The notes under the pieces: model-generated | What the model saw: only the letters and a program-made list of their open reading frames with translations | The model's database searches: none | What the model was told of the DNA's origin: nothing | In this document: piece by piece, positions 1-7,175 of the stretch | How positions within the stretch are numbered: position 1 is the stretch's first letter | How the letters are laid out: every line of letters begins with the position of its first letter | Translations under genes and position numbers: made by a program | Assembly: GCA_017537265.1 (NCBI GenBank) | Contig: JAFYLE010000055.1 | Span: forward strand, 1 to 44,459 | Origin: Clostridia bacterium | Lineage (GTDB): Bacteria > Bacillota > Clostridia > Oscillospirales > SIG627 | Length of the DNA: 44,459 nucleotides | Reading direction: 5' to 3'

Positions 1-85
1 GAATGAGGTCAAGCACGACACCGACCTTACGAGGGGTCACGCGCACATCGCGGCGATATGCCTTTGCAACGATGACTGCATCCAT
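1..85 (-). CDS. rplV: 50S ribosomal protein L22, N-terminal fragment (gene continues beyond window start)
   Basis: Minus-strand ATG at 85-83 sits behind an AAGGAG RBS. The translation MDAVIVAKAYRRDVRVTPRKVGVVLDLI resembles the L22 N-terminus. Its position after rpsS fits S10 operon order. Confidence 0.75.
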   Translation of the reverse strand, partial: MDAVIVAKAYRRDVRVTPRKVGVVLDLI

Positions 86-122
86 TTTTGGATTCTCCTT
101 TTCTCCGGCTCAAAACCGGCTA

Positions 123-398
123 TTAAGAGTTAGAGGTTTTGGAACCGGAATGGCCGCGGTAAGTTCTGGTCGGGGCGAATTCGCCGAGTTTGTGGCCGAC
201 CATGTCTTCCGTGACATACACCGGGACGTGCTTTCTGCCGTCATACACCGCGATGGTGTGGCCGATGAATTCCGGGAAGATGGTGGAAGCGCGAGACCAG
301 GTCTTGACAACCTTCTTCTCGTTCTTCTGGTTCATCTCCTCGATGGAGGCGAACAACTTCTCGTGGACAAAAGGTCCTTTTTTAACGCTTCTGCTCAT
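123..398 (-). CDS. rpsS: 30S ribosomal protein S19
   Basis: 91-aa ORF with the S19 signature KKGPFV...[33 protein letters not shown]. It lies between rplB and rplV. Confidence 0.97.
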   Translation of the reverse strand: MSRSVKKGPFVHEKLFASIEEMNQKNEKKVVKTWSRASTIFPEFIGHTIAVYDGRKHVPVYVTEDMVGHKLGEFAPTRTYRGHSGSKTSNS

Positions 399-413
399 TG
401 CTATCCTCCGTAA

Positions 414-1247
414 TTATCTGTCATTGCGACGCTTGACGATCATAGAATCGGTACGCGCCTTCTTGTTGCGGGTCTTGTAACCGAGAGCGGGCTTGCCCCA
501 CGGGGTGACCGGGCCGGGATGGCCGATCGGGCTCTTGCCTTCACCACCACCGTGCGGGTGATCGCAGGGGTTCATAACGGAACCGCGGACGGTCGGGCGG
601 ATGCCCATGTGACGCTTGCGACCCGCTTTACCGATCTTCACGTTGGCATACTCGATGTTGCCGACCTGACCGATCGTTGCTTTGCACTCGGGGCGAATGT
701 AACGGACTTCGCCGGAGGGCAAGCGGACGGTTGCCATGTTGTTTTCTTTTGCCATGAGCTGTGCCTGAGTGCCGGCGCTGCGAACAAGCTGTGCGCCCTT
801 ACCGGGGGAAAGCTCGATGTTGTGAATGAAAGTACCAAGCGGGATGTCCCAGATAGGAAGGGTGTTACCCGGTTTGATATCTGCCTCGGAACCGGAGACG
901 ATGCTGTCGCCAACCTTCAGGCCGTTGGGAGCGATGACGTAGGCACGCTTCTTGTCGGCGTATTCCACAAGCGCGATGTTTGCGGTGCGGTTGGGATCGT
1001 ATTCCAGTGCGATGACTTCAGCAGCTTCGCCGGTGCGCAGACGCTTGAAGTCGATGAGACGGTACTTCTGACGATTGCCGCCGCCGTGATGACGGACGGT
1101 GATGCGACCGGTGTTGTTGCGGCCCGCGGTTTTCTTCTTCGGGGCAATCAGGCTCTTTTCGGGAGCCTTCTTGGTGAGTTCCTCGAAGGACTGAACCGTC
1201 ATGCCACGGCGACCGGGCGTAGTCGGATTATAAACTTTGTTGGCCAT
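414..1247 (-). CDS. rplB: 50S ribosomal protein L2
   Basis: 277 aa with typical L2 motifs: [12 protein letters not shown] and [18 protein letters not shown]. Confidence 0.98.
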   Translation of the reverse strand: MANKVYNPTTPGRRGMTVQSFEELTKKAPEKSLIAPKKKTAGRNNTGRITVRHHGGGNRQKYRLIDFKRLRTGEAAEVIALEYDPNRTANIALVEYADKKRAYVIAPNGLKVGDSIVSGSEADIKPGNTLPIWDIPLGTFIHNIELSPGKGAQLVRSAGTQAQLMAKENNMATVRLPSGEVRYIRPECKATIGQVGNIEYANVKIGKAGRKRHMGIRPTVRGSVMNPCDHPHGGGEGKSPIGHPGPVTPWGKPALGYKTRNKKARTDSMIVKRRNDR

Positions 1248-1270
1248 AATCTTTCTCCTTTACGGTTCTC

Positions 1271-1561
1271 TTACATCATGCCTTCGAAGAATTCGATCGC
1301 CTTGGAGTCGTCGGACAGGGTGACGATCGCTTTCTTCCAAGCGGCGGTCTTGCCGACGTTCATGCCGAGGCGCTTTTCCTTCGCGCGGACGTTGATGGTG
1401 TTAACTTTGACGACTTTAACGCCGAAGATGTCTTCGACAGCCTTCTTGATCATGATTTTGTTCGCATTCTTAGCCACTTCGAAGGTGTAGCACTTATCGG
1501 CAACACCCTGCATGCTGTTTTCCGAAATGACCGGGCGAATGATGATATCGTGGTTCATCAT
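1271..1561 (-). CDS. rplW: 50S ribosomal protein L23
   Basis: 96 aa, IIRPVISENS...YTFEVAKNANKIMIKKAVEDIFGVKV. Its start overlaps the rplD stop (ATGA). Confidence 0.95.
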   Translation of the reverse strand: MMNHDIIIRPVISENSMQGVADKCYTFEVAKNANKIMIKKAVEDIFGVKVVKVNTINVRAKEKRLGMNVGKTAAWKKAIVTLSDDSKAIEFFEGMM

Positions 1562-2193
1562 GCCGTGTACACCTCCTCAAGAACTTTGAGGGAGCTCTTC
1601 GCGAAGATGAGCTTGTCGCAGTTCAGGATATCATAAACGTTGATGTTGTTGGCCTGGGTGGTCTTGACACCGGGGATGTTGGCAAAGCTCTTAATGAGTT
1701 TGGCGTCCATCTCGGGCAGAACGACGAGGGCCTTCTTCTCCACTCCCAGAGCGTTGAGCATGGCGGCCATGGTCTTGGTCTTGTATTCCTTGGCGACGAG
1801 CTTGTCGACGACGAGGATCTCCTTGGAGGCTGCCTTTGCGCTCAGCGCGCTGATGAGTGCGGTGCGGCGAAGCTTCTTATTGAGCTTCACGCGGTAGCAA
1901 CGGGGCTTGGGACCGAGGGCGATACCGCCGTGGATCCACTGCGGAGCGCGGCGAGAACCCTGACGGGCACGGCCGGTTCCTTTTTGACGCCAGGGCTTGA
2001 TGCCGCCGCCGCTGACTTCACTGCGGGTCTTGGTGGACTGAGTGCCTTGACGCTGGTTCAACAGGTAGGCGCGAACGACTGCATGAAGTGCCGCGCTGTT
2101 GATTTCTTCACAACCGAAGAGTTCCTCGGAAAGTTTGACCTTACCGGTCTCTTCGCCTGCCATATTAAAAACTTTCACTTCAACTTTAGACAT
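1558..2193 (-). CDS. rplD: 50S ribosomal protein L4
   Basis: 211 aa with the L4 motif GGGIKPWRQKGTGRARQGS. S10 operon order. Confidence 0.97.
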   Translation of the reverse strand: MSKVEVKVFNMAGEETGKVKLSEELFGCEEINSAALHAVVRAYLLNQRQGTQSTKTRSEVSGGGIKPWRQKGTGRARQGSRRAPQWIHGGIALGPKPRCYRVKLNKKLRRTALISALSAKAASKEILVVDKLVAKEYKTKTMAAMLNALGVEKKALVVLPEMDAKLIKSFANIPGVKTTQANNINVYDILNCDKLIFAKSSLKVLEEVYTA

Positions 2194-2196
2194 GGC

Positions 2197-2832
2197 TTAC
2201 GCTCCCTTCACCGAATTGCGCAGGGTCACGATGCCGCCCTTCGGACCGGGAACCGCGCCGCGCACTGCGATCAGGTTGTTTTCGGCATCCACACGGACGA
2301 CGTCCAGGTGAAGAACCGTGACTTTCTCATTACCGTACTGACCAGGCATCTTCTTATTCTTAAAGATGCGGGACGGACTGGAGTTTGCACCCATGGAACC
2401 GGGCTGACGATGGACAGGGCCTGCACCGTGGGTCATGCGGAGGCGATGGCAGCCCCAGCGCTTGATGACGCCGGAGTAACCGCGGCCTTTGGTGGTGCCG
2501 GTGACGTCGACGGTGTCGCCTGCGGCGAACACGTCAGCGTTCACGACCTGACCGACTTCCATGGAAGCGGCGTCGTCCAGACGGAATTCCTTGAGGTAAC
2601 GCTTGCCGGAAACGGCAGCCTTCTTGAAGTGGCCGAGTTCGGGCTTGTTGAGCTTGCGGTCTTCGATGTCTTCGAAGCCGAGCTGGACTGCATTGTACCC
2701 ATCGGTATCAACAGTCTTCTTCTGAACAACGGGGCACGGACCGGCAAGAATGACGGTGACGGGCACGACGTTGCCGTTTTCTTCAAAAAGCTGGGTCATA
2801 CCCAGTTTTTTTCCGATGATAGCTTTTTTCAT
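2197..2832 (-). CDS. rplC: 50S ribosomal protein L3
   Basis: 211 aa; IGKKLGMTQLF...TKGRGYSGVIKRW are L3 signatures. Confidence 0.97.
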   Translation of the reverse strand: MKKAIIGKKLGMTQLFEENGNVVPVTVILAGPCPVVQKKTVDTDGYNAVQLGFEDIEDRKLNKPELGHFKKAAVSGKRYLKEFRLDDAASMEVGQVVNADVFAAGDTVDVTGTTKGRGYSGVIKRWGCHRLRMTHGAGPVHRQPGSMGANSSPSRIFKNKKMPGQYGNEKVTVLHLDVVRVDAENNLIAVRGAVPGPKGGIVTLRNSVKGA

Positions 2833-2884
2833 GATTTCCTCCTAAGTGATTGGTTGAGTTTCCCCAACATGACTTAATTGCTGC

Positions 2885-3196
2885 TTACTCGAAGTTGTAC
2901 TCGAGTTCCACGCCCGCCGGCAGCTCGACGGAAATCAGCGCGTCAACCGCTTCCTTCGAAGGCTTCAGCACATCGATGAGGCGCTTGTGGGTGCGCGTTT
3001 CAAACTGTTCGCGGCTATCCTTGTACTTGTGGACCGCGCGCAGGATGGTGACGATCTCTTTTTCGGTGGGCAGCGGCACAGGACCCGACACCTTTGCACC
3101 GAAACGTTTTGCCGTCTCGACGATCTTGGTTGCGGACTGATCGATCAGTCTGTGATCGTAGCTCTTGAGACGAATGCGAATTTTGTTCTTTGCCAT
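2885..3196 (-). CDS. rpsJ: 30S ribosomal protein S10
   Basis: 103 aa; [16 protein letters not shown]...GPVPLPT...RTHKRLIDV is the S10 signature. It is the first gene of the operon. Confidence 0.97.
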   Translation of the reverse strand: MAKNKIRIRLKSYDHRLIDQSATKIVETAKRFGAKVSGPVPLPTEKEIVTILRAVHKYKDSREQFETRTHKRLIDVLKPSKEAVDALISVELPAGVELEYNFE

Positions 3197-3445
3197 GGTA
3201 ATTTCTCCTTTTTGATTGGAGGCTCATTCAAGTGGATACGCCGTCGGGCGTCTCACGCCTTCGACATAACAAAACCGGATTTTTCCGCATCACTGCGGGC
3301 AAACCCGGGAAAACAGTGCGCTATAGCCCAACGATTTTGGAGCATAAGCATATCCTTCTTGTTTTCGCCCGATTTTCGGACATACTCTGCGGAAATTACC
3401 CGTTTTCACGGCAACCTCCCGCTTCATCGCACATCAAGCTCTCCC

Positions 3446-3474
3446 ATTATATATAAGGAAGGGGGAGAATGCAA
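3446..3474 (-). promoter_or_regulatory. Predicted sigma-A promoter of the S10 operon (TTGCAT-17 nt-TATAAT)
   Basis: On the minus strand, TTGCAT is at 3474-3469 and TATAAT at 3451-3446 with an exact 17-nt spacer. This leaves a leader of about 240 nt before rpsJ. Confidence 0.55.
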
Positions 3475-3511
3475 GGTTTTTCCAAAAATTTTCAGGCAAA
3501 AATGAAATAAT

Positions 3512-4651
3512 TTACAATTTGTTCACAATTACAGGGTTCTGTTTGAGGTAAAAGGCCCCTTCTCTGCCCAAAAGCAAGGCATAAACGCTGTCTGCGCGGG
3601 CATTGAGTTCCGAAAGTGCGCCGATCTCGCCCTCCTGCTTTAGGGGGGCGGAGGGTTTTGTGAAAACGGGAAGTTCCCCTATATTATATATAAAGGAAAG
3701 AACTGCCCTTCCTTTTTCGTTTGCGCCAAGCAAAATCGTGTAGGGTGCAGGTGGGACCTTCCCCTCCCTGACGCCGAAATACGCGTGCAGTACTCCGCGG
3801 CGGATGCGAGCAGACGTGATCTTACGGGTCTTGGCAAGCTGCACGAAATCTTCAAAATCCCGAGCCGCCCGTGCAGCCTCGCCGACGCGGGCGCCGAGTG
3901 AGGAAAGTTCCTCACAGACAAGACCCGCGCGCAAGGCAGCGAGCAAGGTCTTCCCCATTGCCTCTTGCGGGAGTGTTTGGATCGCAGAAAGTTCTTCGCG
4001 CAGAAAATCGCAAGGAACGTCCGCTTCGGTGAGTGCTTCCTTCTTTTGTATACGCGCGCGAAGAGCGGTTGCAGAGGGCTCCGGAGAGCGCGGCAGAACG
4101 AACGGGGTGATCCCTGCTCCTTCGCGTTCTATGGCGGCGAGATACTCAATGGACAAAATATTATTCGGCTCCTTGAGAAGAACTTGCGCACCGGCAACGA
4201 GAGACTCCAGTGCAAGGGCGCGCAAATGGGCGTACGAGGCGCGTGAATCCTCTTTGAGTAAAGCAGACAGTTTTTCCTCAAAAGTCGCAGAACACAAGGC
4301 TTTTGCGCACTTTTTCAACAGGGCTTCGTCACCACACTCCGCCCCGAAAGCGAGGGTATCCACAACGCCGCTTTTGGCAAGGAGATGCACAGCTGAGGCG
4401 GCGTAACCCTGCGCACCGAAGGTGGAATACGGGAAGGGCAAAAGCAACACAAGGTCCGCACCGCACTCCAAGGCGGCGCGAGCGCGCAAGGTATGATCGC
4501 AAACCGCGGCCTCAGCGCGCTGAACGAAATTGCCGCTCATGAGAAGCACGATGGGCTTGTCCGGAAATTTTGCGCGCACGGAGGAAAGCTGCCACGCATG
4601 ACCTGCGTGGAGCGGATTGTATTCGCACACGATTGCTACAGCTTTTTCCAT
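3512..4651 (-). CDS. tmcAL: tRNA(Met) cytidine acetate ligase (YlbM/UPF0348 nucleotidyltransferase family)
   Basis: 379 aa. The N-terminus AIVCEYNPLHAGHAWQL...LMSGNFVQRAEAAV...ALECGADLVLLLPFPY matches the YlbM/TmcAL HxGH-type nucleotidyltransferase pattern. Confidence 0.8.
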   Translation of the reverse strand: MEKAVAIVCEYNPLHAGHAWQLSSVRAKFPDKPIVLLMSGNFVQRAEAAVCDHTLRARAALECGADLVLLLPFPYSTFGAQGYAASAVHLLAKSGVVDTLAFGAECGDEALLKKCAKALCSATFEEKLSALLKEDSRASYAHLRALALESLVAGAQVLLKEPNNILSIEYLAAIEREGAGITPFVLPRSPEPSATALRARIQKKEALTEADVPCDFLREELSAIQTLPQEAMGKTLLAALRAGLVCEELSSLGARVGEAARAARDFEDFVQLAKTRKITSARIRRGVLHAYFGVREGKVPPAPYTILLGANEKGRAVLSFIYNIGELPVFTKPSAPLKQEGEIGALSELNARADSVYALLLGREGAFYLKQNPVIVNKL

Positions 4652-4671
4652 GCTCTTTTGCGATTTTCCTC

Positions 4672-4700
4672 TTGAAAATTCAACCTCGGTGTTGTATAAT
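4672..4700 (+). promoter_or_regulatory. Predicted sigma-A promoter of ackA (TTGAAA-17 nt-TATAAT)
   Basis: TTGAAA at 4672-4677 and TATAAT at 4695-4700 with an exact 17-nt spacer. Confidence 0.55.
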
Positions 4701-4756
4701 CTTGGTTGTGCCTGTCATTATACTATGACAAGCCCGAAAACTCAAGGGGGCATTTT

Positions 4757-5989
4757 ATGAAAGTTTTAGTTGTCAACGCCGGTTCCTCTTCCATCAAATA
4801 CCAACTCTACAACATGGACGACAGTTCCGTGCTGGCCAAGGGCCTGTGCGAACGCATTGGAGTGGACGGCAAGATCAAACATACCGTCATCGGTCAGGAC
4901 AAATGGGAATGCAACATCCCCATGCCGACCCACAAAGAAGCCATCAGTGCCGTCATTGACGCGCTCGTGGACAAAGAACACGGCTGTCTGGAATCCATTA
5001 CCGAGATCGAAGCCATCGGCCACCGCATCGTTCAGGGCGGTCCGTACTTCTCCGCTTCCGTTCTCGTTGACGACACCGTCATCGAAGACCTTGAAAAGTG
5101 CATTGACCTCGCGCCCGTGCACACCCAGCCGCACCTTTACGGTATCGGCGGCTGCCGCGCAGCTCTGCCGGATGTCCCGCAGGTCCTGGTCTTTGACACC
5201 GCATTCCACCAGACCATGCCCGAAGAAGCGTACACCTACGCCCTTCCCTACGAGCTTTGCCAGAAGTACAAGATCCGCCGCTACGGCTTCCACGGAACGA
5301 GCCACCGCTACGTTTCCGGCCGCGCGCTGGACTACCTCGGTCTGGATCCCAACAACTCCAAGATCGTCACCTGCCACCTCGGCAACGGCAGCTCCATCTC
5401 CGCAGTCAAGAACGGCAAGGTCATTGACACCTCCATGGGCTTCACGCCTCTGGAAGGCGTCATCATGGGTACCCGCTGCGGTTCCATCGACCCCGCCATC
5501 GTCCCGTTCATCATGGAAAAAGAAGGCATTGAGCCCAAGGACATGCAGGATTGGATGAACAAAAAGTGCGGTATTGCGGGCTATTCCGAGATCGGCAGCG
5601 ACATGCGCGATATTGAAGCGGCCCTGAACGAAGGCAACGAACGCGCAGAACTCATCTATAAAATGCTCTCCTACGGCATCAAAAAGTACATCGGCTCTTA
5701 CGCCGCCGCCATGGGTGGTCTGGACGCCATTGTCTTTACCGCCGGCATCGGTGAAAACACGCCTATCATCCGCGAAATGTCCATGGAAGGACTGGAATTC
5801 TTGGGTGTGGAATTCGACGCCGAAAAGAACGCCGCATACCCCCACGTCAGCGAAGAAGTTCTCCTCTCCAAGGACAGCAGCCGCGTGAAAGTGGCCGTCA
5901 TCCCCACCAACGAAGAGCTCGTCATCGCAGGCGATACCATGGAAGTGGTGAAAAACAACGTCAAGTACGAAAGAAAGTACTTTGATTGA
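4757..5989 (+). CDS. ackA: Acetate kinase
   Basis: MKVLVVNAGSSSIKYQL..., FHGTSHRYV and TAGIGENTP are acetate/propionate kinase signatures. ATG 4757 follows an AAGGGGG RBS. The ORF-track start at 4706 lies immediately after the predicted -10 box. Confidence 0.97.
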   Translation: MKVLVVNAGSSSIKYQLYNMDDSSVLAKGLCERIGVDGKIKHTVIGQDKWECNIPMPTHKEAISAVIDALVDKEHGCLESITEIEAIGHRIVQGGPYFSASVLVDDTVIEDLEKCIDLAPVHTQPHLYGIGGCRAALPDVPQVLVFDTAFHQTMPEEAYTYALPYELCQKYKIRRYGFHGTSHRYVSGRALDYLGLDPNNSKIVTCHLGNGSSISAVKNGKVIDTSMGFTPLEGVIMGTRCGSIDPAIVPFIMEKEGIEPKDMQDWMNKKCGIAGYSEIGSDMRDIEAALNEGNERAELIYKMLSYGIKKYIGSYAAAMGGLDAIVFTAGIGENTPIIREMSMEGLEFLGVEFDAEKNAAYPHVSEEVLLSKDSSRVKVAVIPTNEELVIAGDTMEVVKNNVKYERKYFD

Positions 5990-6013
5990 TCGGTTCTAAC
6001 AATCAAATAACGT

Positions 6014-6038
6014 GTTAACCCCCTCTTCGGGGGTTAAC
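6014..6038 (+). terminator. Perfect 10-bp hairpin after ackA (GTTAACCCCC-tcttc-GGGGGTTAAC)
   Basis: The inverted repeat was read directly. There is no long U-tract, so termination efficiency is uncertain; it may instead be a processing element ahead of the tRNA. Confidence 0.45.
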
Positions 6039-6044
6039 ATATAC

Positions 6045-6133
6045 GGAGACGTATCGAAGTGGTCATAACGGGGCTGACTCGAAATCAGTTTGCGCGAAAG
6101 CGCACGTGGGTTCGAATCCCACCGTCTCCGCCA
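6045..6133 (+). tRNA. tRNA-Ser (anticodon CGA), encoded CCA end
   Basis: - Acceptor: GGAGACG pairs with CGTCTCC, followed by discriminator G and CCA.
- Anticodon: stem GCTGA/TCAGT with loop CTCGAAA, giving anticodon CGA.
- Variable arm: long, GCGC-GAAA-GCGC, i.e. a type II tRNA.
- T-arm: GTGGG-TTCGAAT-CCCAC. Confidence 0.93.
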
Positions 6134-6137
6134 AAGA

Positions 6138-6177
6138 ATAACCGTCATTCTGATACAACGGAATGACGGTTATTTTA
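6138..6177 (+). terminator. Rho-independent terminator after the tRNA
   Basis: 13-bp stem ATAACCGTCATTC / GAATGACGGTTAT with a 10-nt loop, followed by TTTT. Confidence 0.7.
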
Positions 6178-6246
6178 TGCTTAAAATCAGCTTTTGAGAA
6201 CTTTTCGGGAAACAAATTCTCCAATTGTCTGTTTAAACCTACTTCA

Positions 6247-6311
6247 AATCGTTAAAAGACAGATAATCGTTCAATCATAGCTATAATCGTTGATTTACAG
6301 GGGTAATCGTT
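6247..6311 (+). repeat. Four direct copies of (T)AATCGTT spaced 18-20-20 bp
   Basis: AATCGTT occurs at 6247, 6265, 6285 and 6305. Copies 2-4 share TAATCGTTnAnT. The last copy overlaps the -35 box of the downstream promoter. Confidence 0.8.
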
Positions 6312-6338
6312 GAATAATAACATTGAATATGTTATGAT
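6310..6338 (+). promoter_or_regulatory. Predicted promoter of the AT-rich lipoprotein gene (TTGAAT-17 nt-TATGAT)
   Basis: TTGAAT at 6310-6315 and TATGAT at 6333-6338 with a 17-nt spacer. Confidence 0.45.
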
Positions 6339-6372
6339 ATTTACAACGAAAATTGCAAAGGATAGATTGATT

Positions 6373-6912
6373 ATGAAAACACGGCGTTTTATTACTATGA
6401 TTCTGTGCTTGTTTGCTGTTCTCTCTCTGCTGACTTCTTGTTCCGGCTATAATAGCCGAATGCGAAATCACTTAAGCGACGAGGCGAACTACCATTCTTT
6501 CTGCGGTACAATCTGCGATATTTATTATTTTGACGCAGAGAACAATAAAGTAAGCCTTTTGGAATCAGATATAATCCCCGAGTGCGATGTTGTAATTGAA
6601 TTGACATTTGATGATCGTGATGTCATTAGTAAATTTTTGGGTGGTGAGCCAAACCCCGAATGGTCTTTGGATGAATATAAATTTACATTTGACATCACAA
6701 AAGAAAACAATCAGATTCTTGTTACGAATGGGTTCTATGAAGCTGTTAATATGAACACCCAAATTGAAATAACTGCATCAAGTTTTATCTATATGGATTC
6801 TAATTTCTTCTTTATTGCTGCGGTCACCTATAATGAATCAGAGTATTTGCGTTTTGAAGATGGAATCCAAAATATTCGAGAATATATGAAAGAACATAAG
6901 AGCTTGCTGTGA
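6373..6912 (+). CDS. Hypothetical lipoprotein (AT-rich, no recognised family)
   Basis: The 179-aa product starts MKTRRFITMILCLFAVLSLLTSC, a signal peptide plus LTSC lipobox. AAAGGA lies upstream of ATG 6373. The codon composition is visibly AT-rich compared with its neighbours. Confidence 0.7.
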   Translation: MKTRRFITMILCLFAVLSLLTSCSGYNSRMRNHLSDEANYHSFCGTICDIYYFDAENNKVSLLESDIIPECDVVIELTFDDRDVISKFLGGEPNPEWSLDEYKFTFDITKENNQILVTNGFYEAVNMNTQIEITASSFIYMDSNFFFIAAVTYNESEYLRFEDGIQNIREYMKEHKSLL

Positions 6913-6931
6913 GATAGAGGTAATAATTTTT

Positions 6932-6968
6932 TGCACCCCCTTGGCTCAAAAGGGGGTGCATTTGTATT
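6932..6968 (+). terminator. Rho-independent terminator
   Basis: TGCACCCCC / GGGGGTGCA stem with an 11-nt loop, followed by TTTGTATT. Confidence 0.6.
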
Positions 6969-7040
6969 AAAATTAGGGGCAGTCTTCAAAAAAACTCCTG
7001 CAGGTTTTGAGTCAAGGGAATTTTTTGTTTTCGGCAGAGC

Positions 7041-7079
7041 GGGGGCGAAAAGCGAGGGGGCGAAAAAGCGGGAGCGGGG
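7041..7079 (+). repeat. G-run tandem repeat (GGGGGCGAAAAGCGA, GGGGGCGAAAAAGCG, then GGGAGCGGGG)
   Basis: Read directly: two 15-nt near-identical units plus two further G-runs, four G-tracts in all. Confidence 0.6.
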
Positions 7080-7101
7080 CTGTTTTTTTGCGCCTTTTCC
7101 C

Positions 7102-7130
7102 TTGATATATCGAACGTTTTGTTATATAAT
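7102..7130 (+). promoter_or_regulatory. Predicted promoter (TTGATA-17 nt-TATAAT)
   Basis: TTGATA at 7102-7107 and TATAAT at 7125-7130 with an exact 17-nt spacer. Confidence 0.55.
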
Positions 7131-7175
7131 CGCCCGTAGGTAGAAAATAAACTGATTTTTTGGGTAGATTTTGTG

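Noticed and set aside
519-2877. Plus-strand ORFs of 323 aa (519-1490) and 315 aa (1930-2877)
   Set aside because: They are antisense to rplB/rplW and rplD/rplC, so they are shadow frames of highly expressed GC-rich genes.
3232-3456. 74-aa plus-strand ORF in the S10 leader region
   Set aside because: It lies on the strand opposite the S10 leader and promoter, and no RBS or supporting motif is visible.
4766-5845. 359-aa minus-strand ORF, plus the 262-aa plus-strand ORF at 4770-5558
   Set aside because: Both overlap ackA in other frames. Their Pro/Ser/Thr/Arg- or Gly/Val/Asp-rich composition is not protein-like.
6045-6133. Possibility that the long-variable-arm tRNA is tRNA-Sec or tRNA-Leu
   Set aside because: The anticodon loop reads CU-CGA-AA, so the anticodon is CGA (Ser), not UCA. 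The acceptor stem is 7 bp, not the 8 bp of a bacterial tRNA-Sec.
6134-6968. A complete integrative element at tRNA-Ser
   Set aside because: There is no integrase, excisionase or transposase ORF, and I could find no direct repeat of the tRNA 3' end at the right border. Only compositional evidence supports foreign origin.
6931-7143. 70-aa plus-strand ORF in the spacer before the LamG-phosphoesterase gene
   Set aside because: It starts with a TTG inside the terminator hairpin, runs through the G-rich repeat and the promoter, has no RBS and has odd composition.
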